64,000 nt of DNA from NCBI RefSeq assembly GCF_009834535.1, contig NC_045696.1, forward strand, positions 106,952,001 through 107,016,000. The letters run 5' to 3'. The DNA is from Camelus ferus (Eukaryota). A program made the position numbers and the translations under genes. The notes beneath the pieces were generated by a model. It worked only from the letters and a program-made list of their open reading frames with translations, was not told the origin of the DNA and did not search any database. Shown here piece after piece: positions 25,429 to 37,709 of this stretch; position 1 is the first letter of the stretch; each line of letters opens with the position of its first letter.

Positions 25429-26589
25429 ATCTGTTCTATAGAATTTCTTATGTAATAAAATTTCTGGTCTTCACTATGAAGTGATGCTAGTATCTCTTGC
25501 TGTACGAAAAGTTTTGTTAATTTGAATTGGATACTAAAATGCCGTTTAAAAAATTCTGTTCATAGTCCCCATGTCTGATTGGACCATCTCACCAAAGGAT
25601 CTGAAAGCTTATTTATAACTATGTTTAAAGTAATCATTACAAAGTGACATGAATTATAATTTAATTAGTAATTCATTAATGACTAATTAATGATATATGC
25701 TTTTCCCAGCCCTAACTTTATCACCGCCAAATGTATTTTTATTTAAGCTCCTGACTTCAGGGTGTCATGAGTCCCTGTCTTCCTTAGCAGAATGGCAAAC
25801 GTGTATGTATTAAGGGCTCTGAGGAGTGGCCAGACACAGGACCCAGTCCCACCACTGAAACTGCTCTTTCTCTCTGAGGCCAGCTAACCTCTGTCATCAA
25901 AGCTGCGTCACCATCAAGAAGTCCCCAAAACTAGGGAAGATGAAAGACTTCACATCTGTCCCATATTCAACCAGTTCCAGTGTGTGTTTAAACAGAATCT
26001 TAGCTAAAGGTCAAAACCAGGTATCACCTAACATTCATGGGAGTGAAGAGTAATCATCAGTTCCTTGGTATTTATTTTCATTTAAAGGCTAAACATCTGT
26101 ATGTTTCAGGTAAGATGATCTGACTGAATTAAAGACCACAGTACCATGATAAATGAACTCCAATCAGACTATCCAGTATACTAGCAGGCAGTTAACAAAT
26201 GTTCACTAATTAATTTACTAAATGCATTAATTAGCTAGTTAATGGATATTTAGAGTTCACAGTCGATTGTATTTCACATCAGGAGATCCAACTTTGCTGA
26301 CACTGCTGAACAAATACAACCTGTTTCCAAAACACAAAATATTATGAAGTATGACTGTCCTTCATGAGATCAGTGACACATCATTCTCCAGTGATAGCAT
26401 AAACCTAGAAACAACTTCATGCATTCATGCACTTATTCATTCATTCGTTTTCACACAACGGCAAATACTTCTTACATTAGGTCATGTCTCACCTCCACTA
26501 GCTATCTCTCAGCAGAGCACCCTGTCTCCAGTTACAGTAGGACACCCAGCAGCACAAGAGAGATGAGTAAATGATGTCCTGTTATCTCC

Positions 26590-26810
26590 GGGCAGCAAAC
26601 TCTGGAGGCGAACTGTCTGGATTAGAATCTTATCTCCCGGATATTCACCTGTACAACCTTAGGCAAGTGTCTTCATCTCTCTCTGCCTTGGTTTCTTCAT
26701 CTGCAAAATAAGGATGACAATAATAGGACCCACCTTATAGGGTTGTAGTGAGGACTGAAAGAGATTATGGTGTGCTGACATGTATTACATGCCTCATAAA
26801 TGTTATGCTT
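26590..26810 (+). mobile_element. MIR SINE
   Basis: ACTCTGGAGGC..ACCTTAGGCAAGT..TTTCTTCATCTGCAAAAT..ATAGGGTTGTAGTGAGGACT. Confidence 0.8.
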
Positions 26811-26826
26811 TATTACCTGACTCTAG

Positions 26827-26918
26827 CCAATGGTTTTTCAATGGAGGTACTGGGGATTGAACCCAGAACCTCGGGCATGCTAAGCATGTGCTCTACCAAT
26901 GAGCTATATCCTCCCCTC
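26827..26918 (-). mobile_element. tRNA-derived SINE (Vic-1 type) with perfect 13-bp TSD
   Basis: TGGAGGTACTGGGGATTGAACCC...GAGCTATATCCTCCCC; TSD TACCTGACTCTAG at 26814-26826 and 26919-26931. Confidence 0.92.
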
Positions 26919-27619
26919 TACCTGACTCTAGGATTGCATCATGATCAAAGCTTTCTGTCCATCTGGTCTGTTACAGTCAATCCGTGGGACATCACAAGAG
27001 TCATCACAAGTCACAGGCAACTGTGTCTAGGTCCTCTGGTTCCACTGAGAGTCAGCTGTGACAACACATCCTGTCGTTACAGTCTTCCCAGGGGCCCAAC
27101 ATGTGACTCATCCACACCGATGTCTGTATGTGTGCATCACATAGAACCCAGCTGGTGCAGAACCAGGGCAGAACATGCAATGAGATGATCTGGATTCGGT
27201 CCAGCCTGATACATATTTAGGGGAAAACCACTTTCCCTCTCTGTTCTTCCATCGGTAAAGTTGAAATAATACCTACCTGATTGTAAAGGATTAATAGCAT
27301 AACCTAAGTAAGAATACCTTTCAAATGTAAAGAGTGTTGTATGCTGAGTATTATTATTCATCTTTGTGTCACCAGCTTCATTAATTCCAAAGACACCCTG
27401 TTCACTTCTGTCTGTTCCAGGCACTGTGCTAAGCCCCGAAATAAATAACATACAGTAGCCAGAGTTGAATACATATTTGTTGACTGTATTATTTGTTGGT
27501 TAATCAATTAATATTGCTGAAAATATTTGGACTGGAGAACTCAGACCCAATCTGAAGGAGCTACAAGATGCCAGATTCCATTTTCTCATGACGGACACGT
27601 GACTTCCTCTCTTCTCTGT

Positions 27620-27810
27620 TCAGTCCCAATGAGCATTTACATCTGACACAACTGTAGAGCACATGCTATTATAATCATAGTTTACTTCCTGTAAACTCCC
27701 CTCTAAACTGTGAGCTTCTTGAGGGTAGACCTATGGTTTTATTATTTTTCCCTTTGTATCTTCAGTATTTAACTCAGAGTATTGCACAAAGCAGATACTT
27801 AGCAAACGAT
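27620..27810 (+). mobile_element. L2 3' end
   Basis: CTAAACTGTGAGCTTCTTGAGGGTAGAC..CTTTGTATC. Confidence 0.65.
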
Positions 27811-28469
27811 TTTTCTTTCTTTTTTTTTTTTTAACCAACTGCATTTGGGTGTGGTGGAGAAGCGCTGTCACAATTCAGCTGGACCCTTTCAACCAGAAAC
27901 CTTGTGAACAGAGCTCTCTTTGTGGTATGAACACCTCCCTCTATGTCTGCACCTGGTTAATGGATCAGCCCTTGCTGGGGACATCACATTTCAGAATACT
28001 CGGTAACCATTCAGTAAATGACAACTTCAGACGTCCTAAGCTTCCAGAAGGAGTTAATGGACCTCAAAGAAATAATCAGTGTAATTTTCTAGTCAGTAAA
28101 ATCAAGCCCCTTACATTCTATTTAATTTCCTAGGAGTTTTTATATACATATATATGTTCAACATACATAGCCCCTCACATATATACCAGCATATATTTTC
28201 TACAACATAGGGTTTTCTAGGATTGAGTAGTTTTAAACAACAGTATTTTATTATTTTAAGCACACCCACTGTGGAAACATTCTCCGGGCTCACTGCTTCT
28301 GCTATTGGAACATTTGTTTTTTATTCTGAATATTTCAGCACATCTATTTACTTGGCACTATATTTAGTACCACAGTGCCAAGATGGCATATATAAAGATT
28401 CAATTGCAATTCCCATCTGATGTCCCTTCCCTCTCCTTTTTACCCCCTTTTTTATGTCCACACTCTGAA

Positions 28470-28720
28470 TTCAGCACAAAGTTGGTGTGTTTAATTTAAA
28501 AAGAAGTAAAATGCTCCAGGAGACGCCTCAGACCACTGCAAATCACCTACTTTATAGAGGCAGTAAAATTGTGTATCGGATTAGAAGTGATGCTGATCTG
28601 AAATTTATGATAACTTTTAATGGCATTATAATTTTTTTCCCTGTGCGCTCCATAACTGCGTCGTTTCAATGCACAGTGCAGTGAGATGAAATTTGTAAGG
28701 GAAGAACATTACCCAGGCAA
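28470..28720. promoter_or_regulatory. Candidate conserved non-coding element with HOX-type motifs
   Basis: Repeat-free, with TTTAATTT, TTTTATAG, GGATTA, TTTATGA, TTTAATGG and retained CpGs. Confidence 0.3.
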
Positions 28721-29339
28721 GCCCAGGGGGAAAAAAAAGCCAGTGGAATAATGCAACAGCCCCACACAGGCGGATGGAAGCTATTCTTACCGTGCACTAG
28801 GTAGAGGCACAAACTCCAAGAAGACCCTTTGAAATTAAAGGCAACTCAGGGGACAGAATTTATTGATAAAATGAGGAAATGGGTTAGAAGCACCCTCTTA
28901 AGGAACCTGGTGTAGATGGCTTCCTCACATCATCTCACCTCTTCTAGGACTGCACATCTCTCCGCTGATCGAAGCCCACGTGGGTGCCCTGAAGTAGTTT
29001 TCTGGAACAAACAGCTCTTTCCTATGCTAGGTCTGTTGTCTGGTTTCCTCTGCCACAGTTTAACTCCTCACTGGTTCCAAAAGAGCATAGAGGGTGCATA
29101 CTTGGTATCACAGGCTGAAAGGACTTAGAAAGTCCTGAGAAGTTTGCAACTAAGAAAATGATGGTGAAAGGAAGGAGGAACTTCATGACAGAGGGAGAGA
29201 GAAGAAGAGAGAGACATGGAAGAACTTTTTAAAATTCCAACAGTAGTGTTCACATTACGTGCAAATTTGAAACATGAGACAAAAACTCCAGCAAAGTCCA
29301 CTAGAGTCAAAGGAGAAGACTTCCTCACAATGTCAAATC

Positions 29340-29430
29340 CCCTCTTCCACTCTTCCCTTCAGGGGTAATCCAGCCTCTGCTTGAATACTTCCATGGACAA
29401 GAGGATCATTACCAACTGAGGCAGTTCATG
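29340..29430. mobile_element. CR1/L3 LINE fragment
   Basis: ATCCAGCCTCTGCTTGAATACTTCCA...GAGGCAG, characteristic of CR1/L3. Confidence 0.55.
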
Positions 29431-29599
29431 AATTCACCTATAAATTCATTGAACAATGTATTAGGCATAGTGCCAGGCACCAAGGGCTATGCTATTTGAA
29501 AGCTTTTTTAAAAACTATAACATGTATTAGTCTGTTTTCTGATTAGAGAAACCATATAGGCTCAGTGTAGAAAATTAAATCTGCCAAAGGTACAAACCA

Positions 29600-30120
29600 T
29601 GTCCTATGTGGTACTCTTGCCAAAAATGTTTCACATGAATCTAATGATGACCACAAAATCTGAAAAATATACGAAGATGATTGGCCAGGGCACTCCAAAA
29701 ATGTAAATGTTGTGAAAGACCAAAACCAAAACAAAAAAAAAGTATATTAAAGAGACATGACAACAAAAGCAACACATGGAACTCAATTAGATCTTGGATC
29801 AAAATAAGAGGTTGCAGAGGACATTTGGATGACTATTGGGGAATTTGAATGTAGACTGACTCTTAGATAATTTTATTCAATCAATGTTAAATTTTTGGTT
29901 GTGACAATGTTGCTGTGGCTTTGTAGGGAAATAAACTTGCTATTATAATATATTCTGAACTATTCAGGGATGAAATAGCATAATGTCCGCAAATCACCTC
30001 CAAACAGTATAGCGAAGATGGATGAAGCCAACATGGCCAAACGTTAACAAGTGCTGAATCTGGGGGAAGGGATTACCAGAGGTTTGTTATCTTTCAAATT
30101 TTTGATTTTTCAAAATAAGA
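29600..30120 (+). mobile_element. Old L1 (L1MC4/ME-like) 3' UTR
   Basis: AAAGAGACATGACAAC..GATCTTGGATC..GGACATTTGG..GAATTTGAATGTAGACTG..AATGTTAAATTT. Confidence 0.65.
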
Positions 30121-31059
30121 AGTGGATTGGGGGGAATCTAAAAAATAATGCCAGTAATTTCTGAATGGGGTGTTTAAATTTTTCTTTATCTTCTTCTGTA
30201 GTCTGCAAATATTCCTGCAAGGACAGAAAGTCCTTGCTTTACCTTGAATAAAAATGTGTCTATCGGTACAAGTTCCTCCAGGTTAATGGGAAAGGGTGGG
30301 GCGTGGAGCGTCAAAGACCCAGGTTCTATCCACTAGCACCGTGGCTTGCTTCTTCATTGCAAAATCAACCCACCCTGTGAGGTTTCGGTGAGGCTCAAAT
30401 GGGAAAATGAAAAGGGAATAAACTCTCATTTGAAAATATTGTTCGTTTCCAGGCTATTGCACCAATTTGTCCCAGTAATGGGGCTATCCAGTTCCTTCAT
30501 TTTTTGCAAAATTCAACAAAAATATTTTTTAAAACTTTTTTATCCTGTTGCCTGGAGCATCCTTTTCCAGACTGTGGAGTCAGAACTGAGTTCAGAGGAG
30601 CAGATCCATTCACAGTTTGCTCTACTTCCCCAGAGATGAAATAGCAGACCAAATCAAGAATTTATCGGACATTCAGATTTTAGTGGAGCTGGTAAAGCCC
30701 CCAAGCCTGCACTCACCAGCCTCGGGGCCCATGTTCAAGCCTTGCCCTGTGGAGCCTTGCCTTGCCTCCCTTTGACAGGCCAAGAGGCAGCATTTGCTGT
30801 GAAAATTGTGCACTTCTCTCTTTTTCTGAGAAACTCACCTGGAAGTTCCTCTCCAGTTTGCCCTGGATTTCCTGAAGAAGTAGGCTTTCTCCCCTTCCCT
30901 TTCTCCCACCATGTGTGGCCCTGTGACCCCTGTGGGACTAAACCGTGGGTCTCAGCTCTGCCCGGGGGATGCCTTGACCTCTCTGTGATAAATTTCTGTG
31001 TGTTTGCCCTCTTGCCCGCACCCTGGGGAGGCTCTGTTATTCCTGATCCATTTCCCGGA

Positions 31060-31265
31060 GAACTAGAACAAAAGAACATCAGATGTCTCACAGAAAAGGA
31101 ACTAAGAGGTCGTCTAGTCCAACCCCTTCATGTTGTAGACAGGGCAATGAAACCGAGGTCCAGAGAGGGGAAGTCAGTAACCCAAGCTCACATAACTAAT
31201 TCGCCGCAAAACCTGAGTTAAAGCCCTACGTCTGATTCCCCACCACGTACTCCTTCCATTAAACC
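31060..31265 (-). mobile_element. MIR fragment
   Basis: TCTAGTCCAACCCCTTCAT..GAAACCGAGGTCCAGAGAGGGGAAGT. Confidence 0.75.
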
Positions 31266-32439
31266 ATGATGGCTTTCTCTTCGCGGATCATCCACATGGT
31301 CCTTCTGAGTGTCTAACTTCCCAGGCTTGTCTAGGTGTTTCTCTCTCCTACTCAGGCTGCAAGGTTCAATAGCAAGCTTGTGGGTCTTTAATCAAACACA
31401 GTCATAGAATGTGTCAGGGGTCCTGATCCATCTGTTCTTAAGTGAGGTGGGAAAACAAATCCTTCTCTTCAAGACCATCTATAATCTACTCTTCACTAAC
31501 CAGGACCTCCTTTCTTTTAACAGATGAACAGAGGAGAAGAAAATTCTCCCTCTGCCCCAAGACTTTCAACTTCCTATCTAGAATTGCAAATCCTTTACAG
31601 GACTCTAACTTCTCCTATTTTCTTCCTAAAATGCCCTCCCCTCTTCTTTGCTTCTATTTGATGCTTCTCTTCATTCAAAATTGTATGTGGCCTGAGGGAC
31701 TTCACCACTACCCACATGAAGCTGACCTCTGCCCCTCTGGGTCTGAACTGTGGCATTTTTATATCTCCATTTTAGCATCAGTCGTAGGTTTCCTTCTGCT
31801 ACAATTTTTGGTTGTCTCCTTTCATACTTGAGCTCCTTGGAAGTAAAGTTGCTACCTTATTTGCTTTTGTCTCCTCTGCTTAAGTAATATTTTTGAATGA
31901 AGGCATACAAATCAGCAGAATTGGGAAGTCCTGTGTGTTTTCAGAGTCTTACAGGCTATTTTGTCATGTTCTGGGTTTATGATCCCAGAAGGCAACGCAT
32001 CTCTGATTGAACCCATCTTTGATTGACTCATACTCGGTTGCACACATAATTGTCCTCACATCTTCCCCAACCTGCAAGACCCCCTTCTTTCCTGGGGGAG
32101 TATCTAGATTCCTGTCTCCCCAGTGCCTGCCTCTGGCGTTCTGCATGCCTCTGGAGGGATCTTATCAGAGGGGCCAGATTCACCCTCTGCATGAAGGGTC
32201 TCACGCTTGTGTAGCTCTGATGGTGCAGAAATTCTTCTTTCTCCAATGTCATGTGTCACCAACATTGATGTTGATTTCCCTTCATCTTTGTGGACTCTCT
32301 CTTCCTAATTTTCTTGCTCAGTCTTATCTACCATCCTCTCTAGGAAGCCATTATTGATCCCTTTAGAGAGATATTCCCCAGCAGTGAAGACAACTTGAAC
32401 TTGAACATCACAGCAAATGTAACTGGTGAACAAAATGCA

Positions 32440-32615
32440 CTCAGTCTCGCTTCATCCACTTGCCAACTCTGTGACCTTCAGAAAGTTCCTTAAACTATCT
32501 GTGCCTCAGTTCCTTTTCTGTAAAGTGTCTTCTGGGGAAGCTGTGAGGAAACAGTGAGTGTAGAATGCTTAGCACAGCACCTGGTACATAGTGATTGCAA
32601 GAGATGTTTGCTTTC
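32440..32615 (+). mobile_element. MIR SINE
   Basis: CTGTGACCTT..TCTGTGCCTCAGTT..TGCTTAGCACAGCACCTGGTACATAG. Confidence 0.75.
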
Positions 32616-33659
32616 ATAACTTTTGTGATAACAGTTGTGCTAACTCTAAACAGGAGCTCAAAGGCAGGGGCCCCCTGCTGATGCCCACAATCATTTCTTT
32701 GCTGCCCTCACGTTCTAAGGTTCAACATAAATCATAGGTGCTTTCATGAAAAACCATACTTTTGGCCATGGCTGTTTTTCTTTTTTTAAGTCTTCTTGTC
32801 TCCTCCTTGTTCACTTGGTTGCTGTCATCTTCTCACCTGCTGGGAGAGCCCTTGCCCAAAGAAAGTATCCTTCTGAGTCTGCCCAAGATGGAGGGCAAGG
32901 TCACACAGGAAGAGAAAGGGGTCCCACATTGGAAGTGACAATTCAAGAGAGAGCAGTCACGTCACGATCAGGGAGCCCACCACGTTCCCCCTCTGCTACC
33001 CCTCCACAGGCTCTGAGCCCGAGCAGAGCTGACGGGCCAGGCTGCTCAGCACTCCTTCCAAGTGACATCCACCCCAGTGCTGGCAGCCTTGGTGTCCTGG
33101 TCCTTCTGGTCTCCCCTGGAGACGCAGGTCAGTGAGGAGCCAGTACCTTGGGTTTACTCTGAATCACTCCTCTTAACCTAATTACGTGCTGTGGGGAAAA
33201 TCCAATGTATTTGATCAAGTCTTGCTAGTATTTTCCTTGTCTAATTCCATTAGCCTCCTTGGTAGGAAGGGTTCCTAAAGCAATTAAAGCAAGTGCTCTC
33301 CCCTGAGGGCTCTGGGGTGAATACCCCCTCCGCACTCTTCTCAGAACCTGGTTATCCCAGGTGAACGGCACAGGCAGGGCTGCACAGAGGGCCCCTCATA
33401 GAGGAAAAATGTCCTTTCAGTGCCAGCAACTTGGGATTGGACTGAACTTCAATTAACAATGTTCAGAAACTAAAGTATCTCAGCTGAGAATGTGGAGGGA
33501 GGTGCACCATGTTCTTGGTGACATTATTATTCACAAGTCTTTCTCCCAGATGTTTAATTCACAAACTATATACATTTTATTCAATCTTATTCCTACCTCC
33601 ATCCACCTAGAACTCCAGTGACCCACGAAATGCCTTCAGAGTCACTGGCCGACTTTGGA

Positions 33660-34050
33660 AACCTCTAGCCCATTAGAAATGTCAGTGCACACTCAACAAA
33701 CAGCCAGATCCAAGTGCGCGGAGGCTGAACCTCATTAAAATGTTTCCAAGACACAGGGTCAAACTTATCTTGCCACGGACTCCCTTCCTCTTGCCAATCG
33801 CTGAGAAACCATTTTCTTTCTAATTAATTTCATCTCGATGAAACCTGCACAAATGTCAGTGCAACAAATTAAGACTTATTGATTATTGGCTTTTTAAAAA
33901 TAGTGAATGGTTCTGTCTAAAGATGGAATATTTTAGGGGCATCAGCAAGACATTTTAGCGTAGGCTGATTTTGGTTTTTTGAGCAATGATAATCATGTGG
34001 TAAGCATCGTCTGCTGCCTCATTGCTCATTTTTCATCTGATATTTTATAT
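33660..34050. promoter_or_regulatory. Candidate conserved non-coding element
   Basis: Repeat-free; AAATGTCAGTGCA occurs twice (~33677 and 33851), with TAATTAAT, ATTGATT and CATTA motifs. Confidence 0.3.
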
Positions 34051-36119
34051 TTTTATAGTCACAAAACAGAAATAGCTAGAAAATTGCCCCTTGGAATTTG
34101 AGGGAAGGACAGCGCTACCCAGGCATGTACATATGTATGAGGCTCTGGGGGTTGTCCAACTTTTCTCCCCTTTTCTCTCTCCCTTCAGACATTGGTACAA
34201 TGTTAAGCTTGTTCACCATGATTGTTGATAGCAAGAGAAAAAAAAATTAAAAATGAATAAAACTCAAGTTCCTTATCAGAAACTTTGTTGATTTGTTTGT
34301 TTGTTTTAAGGCTGATGCTGGGGAAGGATGAATGCCTTGACCTACCCCAGGGGGTTTCTGGTCTACTGTCAACCACTCACCAAGCCTTACTGAATCTTAC
34401 TGTGTACTAGGGCAAAGGTGAGAGGGCAATGCTAGCCTTAACTGCTACTCTCAAGAAGATATAATTTAGCTCAGAACCTCTACATGCACAGAAAGAACTG
34501 TGATCTACAAAGCTTCCTGTACTACACATGTGCTAGAATTCAAATCCTGCACTCTGCTTGGTTTACAAACTTTTTGTGCGGTTGTATGGGATCCCCGGTA
34601 TACTGGTGAAAAAACTACAAAGAACAACAAATGGCATCAAAGATAACATTGACAGCAGAAGCTAAAATCAAGCTTCCAGTTCTAACGTGCTTAAACTAGA
34701 CCACCATTTCTTAACATGCTATTCCAGCATCTCAGGGGCTTTTATTTTAACAATGAGTACATCCAACTCCTACAACTAAGGTTTCCTAAAAGAGTGGAAA
34801 TCAGGTTCATAATCTACAAATAACTTCAGGGAAGAGATTTATAACAAACCTTTTATTTTCTTCTGTGTTACTCAAATGTTCCAGTTTTTCAGAGAATATC
34901 TGAGCACCATTGCTTTCTATATTTATTCTGAGAAGGTAAGTATTTAGTCCTCATCTATCAGGACAGATCCATGAAAGGTACATAGAGCTCATCCAGTTCA
35001 GTCCATCATTTTATGGAAAATAAGGAGGCCCAGAGAGGTGGTTGCTCGTGCATAACTTGAAGAGGGGTGTGCATGTGTTTTTGCACTAGGATGTGTCCAT
35101 GTGAAGGGACTTTCATCTTGCTATTCATTACAGCTATTGCTATCACTTTGTCCTGTACTATACATCAGTGAAAGGTCAGCATGGATGTTTGGGGAGAAGG
35201 TGCCCAGTTAGGGGATGTCAATGGCCAGAGAACCAGCAAACTCAAGGAGAGGGCTGAAGAGAACTCATACAGGCTGGATCTGAGAAGACCAGAGTGGGAG
35301 AGACCCACAGAGAGACACGCCCCCAGCCCGAAACAGACAGGTCTCTGCTGCGGTAGGACAAAGGTAAGTCGAAGCATAGGACACATTATCTTTGGGGCCA
35401 GGTGAAAGGATTAAGACCTAGGGAGCCCCTCATGGAGGTCCTTCATCTTAAAGGAGACTTTAGAAATGAAGACATGGGGACAGAGGTAAAGAATCTAATG
35501 ACTACATCACTTCAACAGGGGACTGGACAAGTTGACCTTGGAGTCCCAGGCAGCTCTAGAGGACTTTGATTGGATGATTTATTTTTATGTTTGTATTTAT
35601 GTTCTGTCAACAACCCCATAAGCTCCGGGATGGCTTTAATGAATAAATGATAAGTTTAAAAATGATAATGGTGTCATCAGGAGCAGAAGCCAGTGCTGGT
35701 TTATGGCAAAGTCTTAATCTATGCCTCAGAATTGGACATAAAGGACAGATTCTCTCATTCCATTTGTCACGACTGGTGAATGTGGGCGCTTCACCTCAGG
35801 CAAAGCAGACTTCATTAGTTGTGCTGGATCAGGACGGCCAGATCTCTCGTTCACAATCTTATTTGTCTTCTGCTAGAGATTTTCAGCATCATACAATTGC
35901 ATGTCTTTTTAGCAAGTGTATAGTGGGTGCAGGAATGAAATTATTGGCCACGGAAGGGAACTGATGTCAAATATCCTGACAAAACATTCTCTCTACTTTC
36001 TCTAAAAAATTTAAGACCAAAATCAGGTTCAAATTCACCTGCTACAGGTGAACAAGGACTGACAAAAAGACAGTAGGTTTACCATAAACAAAAATTCACC
36101 TCCTTTTCAAGGAGTGTGC

Positions 36120-36310
36120 TCTGATATGATGCCAGGCTCAGTTGTACATATAATATCTCAAGTAAACCTCATGACTCCCCTGTAAGGAAAAGGTTGTTTT
36201 TATCCCTATTTTACAGATGTGGCAAATGAGACTCAGAAAAGTCAAATGACCTGCGCAGGGCAGCACAGCTAGCGGACGGCAGAGCGAGGATTTGAACCAA
36301 GTCATTGGTC
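36120..36310 (-). mobile_element. MIR SINE
   Basis: ATCCCTATTTTACAGATG..TGAGACTCAGAAAAGTCAAATGACCTGC..GGATTTGAACC. Confidence 0.8.
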
Positions 36311-36764
36311 AAATCAGATCGCGCTGCAAAGCCCAGTTCAGTTGCCACCACCTTACAGAACCACTCTGGCTGGAATCAGTCAACCCTGCCACACCATTTG
36401 GTGCTTCTCTTGCCGCCCTGATTTTGCTTTGACGTGACTGACTCTCCTGACTCTCCCATTCAATTCTGATGTTCTCAGTCTCAGTGTCCTTAGAACAGCA
36501 GACAGCAGAATGCAGAAGCCAGAGAGATAGGAGAAAAGAGCAGGATAGACTGGGAGCAGGAGGTGGGTCCCAGACCCCCTGCTGCCCCAGCCCCGGGGGC
36601 CTCCCGCTTCCCCTTCCGCTGAGACAGAGGCAGGGTCTGGGCTCAAACCATGCTTCCCAGATGAGCTCTCCATGGCCAGATCCGCCTTCCAAAATGGGCA
36701 TTTCCCATTCCCCACCTCAAACCGTTCAGGTAAACCTCTCTTTACAAAAAGTCTGCCTGGAGTT

Positions 36765-36891
36765 TGTCAATTTGATTTTTTTCCTATTGCATTAAAGTAT
36801 TATTTACCCTGATTACTGAGTTTTTTTGGTACCCCTTTCAATTCTGCCCCGGAGGCCAATGCCTCTCTTTACAGGCCTTAGTCCTGACCTG
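36765..36891 (-). mobile_element. MER96B-like hAT element terminus
   Basis: TTGCATTAAAGTATTATTTACCCTGATTACTGAGTTTTTTTGGTACCCCT...TAGTCCTGACCTG. Confidence 0.6.
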
Positions 36892-37709
36892 CTTTGAGAG
36901 CCCCCTGTTACCTCCAGAGCCAAGGCTGCAGCGCTCAGCACGATACTCAAGGCCGCCACAAAATGACTTCCTTCCATCTATTGAACTTTATCTTCAGTCT
37001 CCACCCCAACAAACCAATCATCTCACTCACTGTCCCTCTTCTCTCCACTGTCCTGCTTCTTAGCAATGGCTCCCCAGTATAGAAGACTTAACCACCCCTT
37101 CCTTCAGAGCCACCTCCTAAACCTTTGCTGGCTCTCTCTCCTTGGACCAGATCCCACATGGGCTCTGGTGTCCTGTAGGCCAGCCTGAACTCACTACGTA
37201 CGTTTTAAATCCTTCAGGCCAAAGGCTCTGTTAAAGTCACTCTGTTTCTTCCATCCTCCCTGCCACCCCTCATCCCCATACCTGCTACTGGGCAACCAAG
37301 TTAATGATCAATAAATCAGTTCCTTTGTTGGTTGTTTCAACAAAGTCCAGTTTATTTCCACCTGACAGCCAGCCTCCTCCTTGGGCCAAGACCCACTGAG
37401 CCAGAGAAGTTCTCCTCCTGCACTTCACAAAGAAACTCCTGAGAAGACCAGAAGGTGGGTTTTGGAGGTGACAGAACCAGAGATTGCCTCTCTCAGAACC
37501 GGCCCTGGGGCTCAGGGCCCCACAGGGAATGGCGGGGCAGTTATGGGACTGGACCTTCTTCTGGTTTTGCCTCTCATGTAACCTTGAGTCTCAGAGACCT
37601 CTCACCCCAAAAGGAGCCCAGATGTTGGTTTCAACTCAAAATAGAGGAAGAAAATGCTTCTTAAGAAAGACCTGGCCTTGTCAGACTCAAAAAACACAAA
37701 TGTTTAGTC

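Noticed and set aside
26748..27188. 146-aa ORF containing MEVLGIEPRTS
   Set aside because: That peptide is the antisense translation of the SINE (also seen at 17067-17252); not a gene
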